Shown here: positions 40,987 to 53,000 of the stretch, one piece after another
Numbering within the stretch: the first letter of the stretch is position 1
Layout: every line of letters starts with the position of its first letter
From: Mytilus trossulus
Lineage: Eukaryota
DNA length: 64,000 bases
Assembly (NCBI RefSeq): GCF_036588685.1
Contig: NC_086386.1
Coordinates: 3,348,001-3,412,000 of the forward strand
Reading direction: 5' to 3'
Translations under genes and position numbers: made by a program
The notes under the pieces: model-generated
Told to the model about the DNA's origin: nothing
The model's input: the letters and a program-made list of their open reading frames with translations, nothing else
Database searches by the model: none

Positions 40987-42009
40987 TAAAGTTGATGCTG
41001 CTTCACCTTGACCAAAACTTTGACCTAATACAGGATAAATGAACATGATTAATAGATGGACACACAGACCGGCAAACATAATGTCCTGGTACTTTCTATA
41101 GTATTGAGGGCATAAATATAAACACTTCAAATTAAAGTGTGTAAAAGTGCTTCTTACACTAAAATTATTTCATGTATAAAGAAATTTGAGATTAAATGTG
41201 TTTTAGCATAGATGTTCATGTTCATAAGTATCTATGGTTTGTTTAGTTTTAATTGTGTGCTACCTTGACTGTTTGGAAGTTATGGCTTTTGAAAGATTGG
41301 AAAATGGCAAGACACAATTTAATGTAATAAAAATCTGGTTAACCGTCTTTAAGACAGCCTTTTGATTAATTTGAGTAATGTAGAACAGTTGAAGCAATAT
41401 TAAATGCTTATTAACTTTAATTCAAATTGCAGGCAATTTCACAAGACGTCTTACCAAGAGATCTGCAAGCATAAAAAAAGTGCCATTTATGCGAAGACCA
41501 CATTGGAGAAAGTACGCAAAGACACTATCACCGGTTAAAATGAGTTCAAATGTATATTCTGCAGGTAATAGTTATACATTGTTTGAATTTAGTTACCCTT
41601 TTATAATTGTACAAAGAATTAAGGGAGACAAATCTTACATTTATCAATTATTGTGTAAAAATATGAGAATCATTGTAGAGTGTTTGATCTTATATTGTAA
41701 ATGATCTTTTCTCGATCATTCATTGAGGATTGTTGTGTTACCTTCCTTTTCTTATCTTATAATTCTTTTAGCATATATTCTCAAAAAAATGGTAATATAA
41801 AAACTTACATGATATATGTAATCAGATAGATCAACATTTATGTCCCCTACTAAAAAATATGAGAATAGCCTATGCACATTAATTTCATTCTATAAGGTTT
41901 TTTTTAATGAATTTCTAATGGAAATCATATATTCCTACATTCATATAAGTGTACTACAATACATATATAATTTTGATAAAGCTTGAGTCTTTCTGAACTT
42001 TTTAATTGA

Positions 42010-42149
42010 TTACACTGACTTGACTGTTAGTTATTACTGCTCTATGACTATTGCAACTCATTTACAATTCTAAGCAAATTGCAATTTGTTATATAAAACC
42101 ATAAGTTGCAATCGGTGGAGAGCAACACTAACAGTCAAGTTACAGTAAA
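42010..42149. repeat. Small degenerate foldback element
   Basis: ctgacttgactgttag...ttgcaact pairs with agttgcaa...ctaacagtcaagttacag. Confidence 0.65.
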
Positions 42150-42939
42150 ATGTAACTATTGAGAGTGGAGAAATACGGTACTGAAAATTATAAAAAAAAA
42201 ATTGATGTTTTTATTATTGCAAAAAATGCAACAGGGTTATAAACTGCAATAATTAAAAAACTTCCAATTTGAAATCTTTTATATGAATCAAAAAGGATTT
42301 TTCAGGATATCACAAAAAATAATATCTCATTTTAGTCTAAAAGGACATTGAATAATTTCTGAATTTACAAATCATTTGCCAAGGACAGACATTTCAAGAG
42401 TTAAAAGAAAGATTTATTAACAAGCAGTTGGGAAATGTAAAACAGCACATACTTCTATTATTTGATATATGGTTCAAGGAACAAACCTGCTAATGCATAA
42501 AAGAATTTAACAGAAAATGAATACTACAGCTGCCATTGAATTTTTAGGGCTAGGCAATGAAGAGTCAAAGGATTCAATGACAATCAGCCTCACAGAAATA
42601 GATAGAAGAAATGGTAAGTATGAATTTTTAAATTGTTCTAACAATAATTTATATTTTCCAAAACAAATAAATGATGGTGTAGGCACAGTAATGCATTTTG
42701 AAATTTTTCACACGATTAAATTATAGTGCTAGATGTTTTTGATTCTTACAATCTATCAATGTTAGTTGACAATATACTTCTTTGAAAATAATTCATAAAT
42801 TTATAAGCCATAGATTTGTTGGAAATTTACACATGGCCTGCCTGGGTTATGATATTGTAATTTTTGAGATCTGTGTCTGTGAAGTATTAATGAAATTGGA
42901 ATTCAACTTTATCATTTGTATACTTTTGTATAATTTCAG

Positions 42940-45703
42940 CAACTGACTTGTTGAGAAAAATTCAGTCAATTGGAAATGCATCCCATTATATTCTGGCCAA
43001 GGTTTATGGGGTAAATGTAACAGACATTGATATCGCATCACTTTTTGGGAATCGTTGGTTAACTGATCAGGTAAGTTTTAAAATATTCAAATATTCCAGA
43101 TTAATTCTAATATTTTATATATTACATTTTTGAGTTGAAACCTATCAAGATCATGATTTTTTTTTACTTTGGTGGACATTGAAAATTGAAAATGGCCATG
43201 GAGGCCCTAATTTTCATAGAAACTATAGATTTTTTTGATTTTTTTTAAATTTTTAATTTCAATGGATGTGGTTTAATGCAAACTTTCTTTGTAGGATTGA
43301 TCATTAGTAGGTGCCTTCAAAAGATCTAAAAGGGTAAAATTGATGGATATTTTAATGACTTTTTTTAACAACATTTTGTATTGAAGATACATACTAGTTT
43401 TAATGTATATACTATATTCACTTCAAGGTGTGGAAGAATGTTATGACTTTGATGGTGTAATACTATACTAATACCTGCATTAAAGTGGTAACAATTGAAA
43501 ACTGTATATTCTTTAAGAATTATAAATACTATAATCCTAAACTAAGGTTCTAACAGTAATTTAAGTGCTGATATATTTAAATTTTAAAAACATCACATTT
43601 TTATTAAGGTTATTGATGCCTACTTGGCTGTACTTTGTCAAGCACAACAAGACAATGGAAGAAATATCTTGCATATAACTGCTGCAGTAATGACCAACAT
43701 ATGCAAAGGAGATTCAATTGGAAATCAGAATCTATTCCAAATGGTAAAAGTCTATTGATTTAATGAACATTCAGTTAAAATCAATGCTGATACACTATCA
43801 TAACATACCAGGGCTAATAATATACAGCATATTACATTTATTACAGTCAAAGGATTTTGAGAAAAATTTGAATTGATGATTTTACATGCTAAACATACAT
43901 GATATACTAGTTAAAAACATGCATTGTTTTAATTCTGTCTTCTTTTTTTAATGATTAACAACCAAAATAATAGCAAGGAACAAAGAGACTTAAAACTTAA
44001 AATCTATATAGAAAAAACAACAAACCATTATCTACATGTAAGATTTTTTTTTTATATATTTTTAGAAAATCTTAACAGATTATGAGATGATATGTGGAGT
44101 GTATAATCAAGCAGGGAATCACTGGGACCTAGTGGTAGTTGACATTTAATAACATGCATGTCAGCTTCTTGTGATTTTGATTTCTGATTTTTTACATGAT
44201 GTACCCTCATTTCTTTTTTTACTGCCTTTTAAGATGATATTAGGAATAGCATGTAGCAGTCATCACTGGAAATCTAAGTTTTTTTTTATACCCCTCCCCC
44301 TTTAAAAAGGGGGTATACTGTTATAACTCTGTTGTCTATTTGTCAGTCTGTCATTCCCAAATTTTGATCACATTTTTCTCAGGAACTATAATACAAGGAT
44401 ATCTGAAATTTGGATTCAGGGTCTATAAAAGTCAGCCATATCGTGTGTTGTTTTTTAGATTTATCACTCAACTACTTCCTGTTAACCAAAATATTTCGAC
44501 GGGTGTATCATCAGTGAGCAGTAGCTCACAGTTCTACTTGTATTTTTAAATTATTTTTTTTTTTAGATATTAACACCAACTGATGGACGAATACAGTTTT
44601 ACAATCCAATGGGTTTCGAGGCACCAGTTGCGTATCAAGTTCAAAGAAACTGGAGGTACTTTATATTTTATGTATTGATTGTTGTATGGCTGTTTATTGG
44701 ACTTATTATGTTTAACCATTGTCTCTCCATCTGTTTGACTGTCCATCCTCATCATGTGGGACTATTTCTGATATGACATTGAGGATTTATGTAACTTTAT
44801 TCTTTAAAAAGCAAGGAGCTTATCATGGGATCCTGGCACAGCAGAATATTTTATAAGATCTGCAAATCTATGTATACAACATGAAAATAGTTATATATAT
44901 AGTCAAATAAGTGAAAATTGCTAACGAAAATAATTCTATTATCAGTTTGAAAACAGCAGACAACATATAGTTTTCTTTTGAAGGTCAAATGACTTTTTTT
45001 ATATGATTTGACAACATTTTTTCATTTCTTTCAGTGACTATTTGGCATATAGAACCCACTTATTTGCAGAAAAAACAATAGAATGGAAATTGTATGTTGA
45101 AAAACATGCTTTGCAGTTAGATGGTTACAATTGTGGTGTATATTGTTTAATGGTAATTAGTCTGTTATCTTTTTCCAATTGTTATGCTTATTTTAATTCA
45201 TTCAAATGCTTTGGATACAACATCTTGATGTTTTTAATGAATTAAAATTGTATCAATGTATAAGACCAAAAGACACAGAAATAAATAGGTCACCATACAG
45301 CCTTCAAGAATGATCAAAGACCATTCAGCATAGTCGGCTACAAAAGGCCCCTAAATGACAAATGTAAAACAATTCAAGAAGAAAACTTACATCCTAATTA
45401 ATGTACAAAAATATGAACCAAAAATAAATATGTAACACAGCAACAAATTACAACCACTTTGTACAGTTATTAATAAGGGATGATATGGAGATATTAATAT
45501 ATATGTAAATAATTATAAATGATGATATTCACATATTATTATTTTCATGGAAATATGTGAAATAAACACCATGAACTATAAGTTATGCCAAATATTGTAG
45601 TTTGCAGAGAGAATACTGTCAAAAAAAGAATTAACAGGCATTACACAAATAGAGGTCCAGGAAAAAAGGAAAGAAATTGCAGAGACCTTATTACTGTATG
45701 AAG
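42940..45703 (+). CDS. Ulp1/SENP-like cysteine protease domain (6 exons)
   Basis: SLFGNRWLTDQVIDAYL ... GNHWDLVIL ... IQFYNPMG ... QLDGYNCGVYCLMFAERIL. Confidence 0.87.
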
Positions 45704-46375
45704 GTAATTATATAGAAATTAAAATATCTTATGAAGAATTGACTTTCAGAGTATTTCTCTCCTTGTACAGTACTTTAAAAAAAAAATCCTTTGTATGTAT
45801 GTTTTTGTATAATCTGATGGATATATTTGATAATTTTCACAAATTCAGATGCATTCATCCCTCATTTTTTTTCAAAGACCAACCTTAAAATTAGTATTTT
45901 ATAATCCACAGTTATAGGGGAAGAGATAAAATCTTCTTTTACCATCTTATATATAATTTTTGTAAACATTGAACATTTTTATTTAGATTCTACAAATGTG
46001 TGACAGTCTTGAGATTTCAGAAAATATCAGTGTTTATCATCAATTTCTCAGCAAATTCTGTTTGGAAAATTAGATCTTTACAAATGTAAATTGTTTTTTG
46101 ATTGAAACTTGTCCATCAAATGATCATTGTTATCAGCATATTTTCAAGTAAACTTCAATTATATTCTTTCCTTATTTCATAATTGAACCATCTGAGCACA
46201 CTCAACCTCTCTTCAACAAAGAGTGTCACTCAAAACTCAAATGCAGTTGAACTGTTGCATTCAATTCAAATATATATCAACCATTTGGCTGATCTGAAAT
46301 TAACAACTCTGACTGTTTTATTTTTATTTGTTTTTAATTTTGTAATAATTAAAACTTCCAAAAAATGTCTTGCAG

Positions 46376-47065
46376 TTTATATGAAAGATGCTTGTCCCTG
46401 CTGTGGATTTAATGTTCAAGAACAGCCTTGTGTAAGTAAAATCATATGGTATAGAATCAAGACATTCGTTTACAACAGACTACTGTAAATAAAGAAATTA
46501 TTCCTGCATTTATTCTTCTGTTTTTTGAAGAATGAAAAAGAATGTGAGATGATTTTTTTTGTGATTTCATGTTAAATCTGTATTGAGATATATGTATTAG
46601 ATATCAGAATGAGAGTCTTAATAATTGCAATAATCACATAGCATTAAAAAAGTTGTAATAATTTCTAAATTAACAGTATATACAAGGAAAAATTTTCATT
46701 GTTTGCCCCTGTTGTGGCGTAGGAAGCATTGAGTATGCTTTTATTAATTGAAATTATTTAATACTGTATATTCTGGCATTTGTTGAAGCCAGCACTCAGC
46801 TAAATGTTTTAAATCTATATTTGATTGTGTCTTACAATATCTATACCTGCTTATTATATGTAATGATTTTAACATACTGATGTCAACGTAATATAATTGT
46901 TTTATTTTCAATTTTGTGTATAATTTTTATATAAACAAATATTTTATGCAGATTGGTTGTTTAATTTGTGGTAGACACTTCCATAAACTTCCTTTCTGTG
47001 TTGGTGAGAGCCTTGCCAAGGAAGATGCTAATTTTTTCACTTGCAAGATGTGCGAAAACAATATC
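46376..47065 (+). CDS. PHD-like finger (2 exons)
   Basis: CPCC...IGCLICGRHFHKLPFC...FTCKMC gives a C4HC3 pattern. Confidence 0.75.
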
Positions 47066-47171
47066 GTAAGTAAATGTCAATTTTGAAGTTCATATGATAT
47101 AAAAATATGAAGATTTAGTATGAGTGATGGCTAATGAGACAACTCTCCATGCAAAAAGTTTACACATTTAT

Positions 47172-48042
47172 AAAAACTTCTCCCCTGAAACTACTGGACC
47201 AAATTTAACCAAACTTGGATACAACCATCACTAGGGTATCTAGTTTAACAAAGAACATGTCCCCGCCTGCCAACCAACATGGCTTAAAATAGAACATAGG
47301 GATAAAATGCAGTTTTTGGCTTACATCTCTGACTTAAGCATTTGACAATCAGATGTTGGTTGCTGCGTCTGAATTAATAATTTTATGGAAATTTTGCAGT
47401 TTTTTTGTTATTATTTAATATTATTATTAATAGAGATAAACTGTAAACAGCAATAATTCTTCGGCAAATTAAGATCTACAAATAAGTCAGACATGACCAT
47501 AACTTTCAGTTGACCCTTAAGGAGTTATTGCCTTTTATAGTCAATTTTTTTTTAAATATCACAAATTTTTGTAACCTTTTACAAAAATCTTCTCCTCTGA
47601 AACTACTGAGACAAATTCAACCAAACTTGATCATAATCATCATTAGGGTATATAGTTTAGAAAATGTGTCTGACAACCTTGCTTTCCAACCAACATGGCC
47701 GACATGGCTAAAAATAGAACAGGGGTAAAATGCAGTGTTTGGTTTATATCTCTGAAACTAAAGCATTTAGAGCCAATCTGACAGTGGACATAAATATTCA
47801 TCATATTAGAATTTATCTACACTGAAATTTTCAGACATATACCCATTGTTGGGTTTCTGCCCCTGAGTTAGTTATTGTACGAAAATTTTGCAGTTTTTTG
47901 TTATTATCCTAGATATCATTATAGTATCTAATAATATCTAAAGATCTAATGCTCCAAATTATGTTTTTACCTTAATTTACATGATTTCCAAAGCATCAGT
48001 AAATACAGGTGAGCCACACAGGCTCTTGAGAGCCTCTTGTTT
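47172..48042 (+). mobile_element. HINE-like element fragment with about 410-bp internal repeats; related pieces at 32411-32697 and 57268-57679
   Basis: Repeated cttctc(c)ctgaaactactg...gctaaaaatagaaca...atatctctga. The 3' end cacacaggctctt.agagcctct.gtt is shared with ~32670. Confidence 0.7.
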
Positions 48043-48688
48043 TAAATTAATAGGCACATGCCTCTCTGGTATCAAAGTGCAATTGGTATACCAAAATTTC
48101 TTTATATACATGAATTGTATACTAAGAACTTTATCCATTCTGGATTTGAAAAGCAGACCCTTTTAACCTTTTGTGAAGTATCAGTTGTTTGTCAAACATT
48201 CTTTTTTTTTTCAGATAACTTGTTATATATCAACATACTAAACTTCATAATTGTTTTATGCATTAATGTTTTATCTTCTGCAATTTAAATTTAATTGAAA
48301 ATAGAAAAATAATTATCCTGTTCAAGAAAAAAATATAAATTATAAAATATATATTTTGTTTTCATTTATCTTAAAATTGTTATTTCAACCAGCAATTTTA
48401 ATTTGTTGTAAGAAGTCAATAAAAAAAATCACAGAAAAGCTGAAAACACTCCTTAAAAAAGTGATATCATTATTAACCAGACATCAAATAAAAATAAAAT
48501 TGAAATATTATTTAACCACATATTTTTTTTATATAAAGATTCCAGACACAATAGATTTAGGTGGAATATTGGAAGAAAAGCCTGTTAAAGATTCAATTAA
48601 TCCAGATCAATGTAAGTAAAGCTTAACAAATCTACAAAACTTTTTCTGCTTCATTCATCCCTAGTTATTTTCATTTCATTGATAATTT

Positions 48689-49147
48689 GTTATACCCCCG
48701 CTTTAAAAAAGGGGGGTATACTGTTTTACCTCTGTCTGTCCTTCCGTCAGTCAGTCAGTCGGTCCGTCCCATGAATATTTTTGTCGCATTTTTCTCAGCA
48801 ACTACCATACAAGGATTTCTGAAATTTGGTTTCAGGGTTTATCTAAGTCAGCTATATCGTGTGATGTGTTTCCAGATTGATCACTTAACAAATTCCTGTT
48901 TACCGAACACGTGTATGATTTTACACATGATAGCCAAGTTGAAAATTTTCGTCACATTTTTCTCAGGAACTACAATACAAGGATTTCTGAAATTTGGTTT
49001 CAGGATTTATATAAGTCAGCTATACCGTGTGATGGGTTTTCAGATTCAATACTTGACAACTTCCTGTTTACCGAACACTATTAAATATATTATCCACTTG
49101 CGGCGGGGGTATCATCAGTGAGCAGTAGCTCGCAGTTTCACTTTTTT
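48689..49147 (+). mobile_element. HINE-like element; shorter relative at 44283-44545
   Basis: tataccccc...gggggtata stem-loop, (gtca/gtcc)n, two about 170-bp units, 3' gggggtatcatcagtgagcagtagctc hairpin. Confidence 0.8.
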
Positions 49148-50016
49148 ATAAACTCCTTCATTTTAAAAGGCAGACATACAGCATTAAATGTATCATTTAT
49201 GTCTTTATACAATGCTATATTTATGACTTATAAACTCTCCTTGACATTGTGAAAACAATTTGCAGGAATTCAAAAAACTTTAATATGTACTTTATATTTC
49301 CTGATAAGTTTTTATACTAGGCAAGTAACATAAGGAATTACCATTGTCTGTTTATAGATTTCTATTATATGTAGGTGTATTTAAGCCTATGTTCACCTGT
49401 ATTTTTTATGTACATCTTACAGACTGTGAACCAAAACCAGAAATGAAGAAGACTTTTACCGGAACAACTGCCCTGTTTGTGAAAAACCTCATTGAATCTG
49501 TAAGACAAATAATATGGACTACTAGCATAAGTAACATTACTGTTTGATGGTCCATAAAATATTTTATATGATACTATTATAACACCTAAACCAATTGATT
49601 TCAACACCTGTCTTATTACTGCAAAGTTAAATGACTCAACCAAATGGTATGCAACTTATACACAATATGTATTACCACAAAACTTACATCAAGTTGGAAT
49701 TTGGAAACTGTCATTTCACTAGTTGAGTACCTTTTAAATGCTGAATTTGTCATTTCTATATTGTCTTTCTTATAAATAAAAGATGTCTGCCATGACCAAA
49801 TGTTATAGAACTTAAAAACTTAAAACATTGTTACAAAATAAACAGATCAAGCTTAAATTTGGGTTGCATAACTTTTATTAGTCATGTTCCTTTTAAAATG
49901 GATAAATGGAAAAATAACTGAATTTGTTTCTTTTTACTTCTTAAATATAAGAAAAAAAGATGTTATATGATTGCCAATGAGACAACTCTTCACAAGAGAC
50001 AAAATGACTGCACAAT

Positions 50017-53000
50017 AAAGGTTGGTGTTGGAAGGGATAGCGTAGAAGTAGATATGAATATTCATGTACACTCGGAAGTTCTCTTAACGGAAGTAAATAT
50101 GGGTCGTGCTAAAACAAGTAAACAAAATAGAAAAACGCACGCGCACATGCACGTGGGGACATCTATGAGAAGAAAGACTATATATTACAGATTACTTATG
50201 ATTACAATTATTATATTTAACATGATTGAACAAAGCTAATAACATTTTAAATATATAGATTCTAACTGGGTACGATGATGAGTTAAGTTACGTTAGAGAT
50301 CGTTAGAACACAGGAGTTTGGAATTTCGAGAGAAGCTCTACTGTGATAATCGACTTTATATTTTTACCCCCTTATTGATAGGATTTCAAACTCCTGTTCT
50401 TAGACATTTACAAGAAGTTCAGGTCACAGTAGTATAATTGAACGGACTTTTGTTAATTTAAAGGTAAATTAATAGATCAGCTCTAGTGTGAGATGATTTC
50501 CAAATGTTTTCAAATATCAATGCTATGTACATATACATATAAGTTTAACAATGTTTTAATAACCAAAAACCATGCCAGGAAGTTAATGATTGGACCTATT
50601 GTCATGATTTTCTTTTTATTTTCTCTTTCATCCTTTTTTTCAAATTTTTTAAACATGGCCAGAAATTTTTAACATGCATGTATTTAAGAATTGACGTATT
50701 TACACTTGTATGCAAATTTGTCCGCCATTACATAAAATCACACAGGTTCCCGTAAACTTTGATATCATTATTCAAAACATTTGATGTTACAACTAAAATG
50801 TGATTGTTGCATGACGTGAAAAGGTTATTCGGAGGTGATATAAGGTCATTTGGAGGCAATATACAGCTAAATACCAAGAGTGTAAACAGGTTTATTGAAT
50901 GCTTCTATTTGGTAATTCATTGGGGTGTAAAAGTGTTGACAGTCCTAAGCGCTTCATTCTAAAAATGTGCGCACGGTCAACACTGTTACAACCCTATGAA
51001 GTTACAAAAAGAAGCATTCAATAATATAATTACATTTTTTAGCTATAATCATGAAAACACGAATTTAATAATAGTTTTATTTACTTCACCTAGCACTTTA
51101 TTGTGAGACCACATGTTATCCTGAACGAAAGTTTTATTGAGTAATGCAATTGCTTAAGGAATAACATGTGATGTGCAGTTAGCCAATTAGAGTAAAGTAT
51201 TATAATGAAACATACATCTGTTAACGTAATTATTAAATGTTAAAAGACTCCTTGAATCAATGTTACCTTGACATCATTTTTAAAAAAAAGTCTTTGTTTG
51301 CAACTTTTACCATGTACATCATATTTACATGAAGATATGTATATAATATTTTTTTCATTTCAGGTCAAAAATTAAATAAAATGTCTACCATTAACTTAAA
51401 ATATCATCCAGATATTGAATCTGCTTATGCTGCAATTAGAAAGTATGAACTGGAGACCACTTCTAAGTACATATTATACTACAGAGAAGCTGGTTTCAAT
51501 CAGAAAGGTAACTGTTTTGTCCCCTGCCACACAATGGCAGGAAATATATTTAATATTTTTAAAGCTTTTTTTTTCATCCTGCTAAATACAACAATACTCG
51601 TATATAGACCTTAACTTATTTGTAAAGTTCACAGCAGTAAGAAACATTAAGTTAAGGCAGAGTTATCTTCTTTCCTTTCATAAAGTTCATACAACAGGCT
51701 TGTTCTTATTGGTTTTGTAAATCCATTTAACAACAGAAAAAAGATATTGTGTTAAATTCTTTGATAATTACAAGTAAATTATAATTTTGATATATATATA
51801 TACTTAACAGATAAATCATATTATTAAAGGAGGGATATTTGCAAAAAATACCATTCGAGAGAATGTTAATTTTCACGAGTCGTAAGGCGAGGGAAATTCA
51901 TTCTCAAGACTAGTAGTTAACGTTAAAAAACACATTGATGATCGTGACATTACAAACGTCCAGTCAGATAGTGTATTTTTTGGCAAACAACACGGCATAG
52001 AGGGTAAAAAAGGCTTATCCTTTTTGCTTATACCTAGGCGGCGTTAAAAAATGAAAAATTTTCTTTTGATAACAGTAAATTGGTGAAAAATACACTGGCT
52101 ATCAACCAATCAAAACCAAGGATTCTTACATAAGGTGTAATTAAGTCCAAAATTATATACCGGTAACGTGCGCTGGCAATATTGCATGTGCTTACAGGTT
52201 CAGTTTCTCTTGTAGACTTGGATAATTTGGACAAGAAAAAAATATGGTGGGATAACCATATCCCCTTTGATGGTATTCCGTATTGCCTTTTGGGGTCTGA
52301 AGTGTGGGACTGTCATCACGGGCCAGACAGACACGTGAATGATAAAAAGAAACTTGTTGCCAAAAAGGTATTTCAAAATTTTCTTTTTAGCAATAAAAAT
52401 AAGAAATTTATTTATTAACTTGAAAGACATTGTACATTTTACAGATTAATGTGTTAAATACAAACTAAATATATATGTTCTTTTAATGTCTTCAATAGTT
52501 AATATATTTTAACAGTTTTGATTAGAATTAGTTTAATTTATAATACTCCTATCTCTTACATAGGTTTGGTAGATTCAAGGAAGTACATTGTGCAACCTTT
52601 GTACACTGGGTCCTATAAACAAGGTGATAGGTTGTGCTGCTGGAATAGGTCACCTTTTTCAGCTTGGAAATATTTGAATAGGGCGGTAAAACTATCAGAA
52701 ATATTATTCAATAAAGTTCCCACAACTGCGTCAGTAATCTTTCTTGGTCAGTGTTTTATCAACCAATTTTCTCACATTTGACACTTTGTTATTCCACTTT
52801 TACATAACATTACATAGAAACCCAAATAATATTGGAAAAGAGATATAGGAAGATGTGTTGTGAGTGCCAATGAGACAACTCTCCATCCAAATAACAATTT
52901 ATAAAAAAGTAAACCATTATAGGTCAATGTACGACCTTCAACATGGAGCCTTGGCTCACACCGAACAACAAGCTAAAAAGGACCCAAAAATTACTAGTGT

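Larger units (their letters stand above)
27219..49547 (+). pseudogene. CaRF/ALS2CR8-domain, MULE DDE transposase, SWIM, Ulp1-like peptidase C48, PHD finger gene, copy 1 (exon 5 deleted, frameshifted as assembled)
   Basis: Exons 27219-27345, 28036-28205, 30415-30543, 31171-31314, [exon 5 missing], 32965-33054, 33444-33799, 35363-35468, 36218-36353, 36775-36950, 38133-38848, 41433-41564, 42548-42613, 42940-43070, 43609-43743, 44066-44134, 44567-44655, 45035-45152, 45601-45703, 46376-46431, 46952-47065, 48539-48611, 49423-49547. All GT-AG and phase-consistent except the exon 4 to 6 junction. AATAAA at 49775. Linker and terminal exons are less certain than domain exons. Confidence 0.82.
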
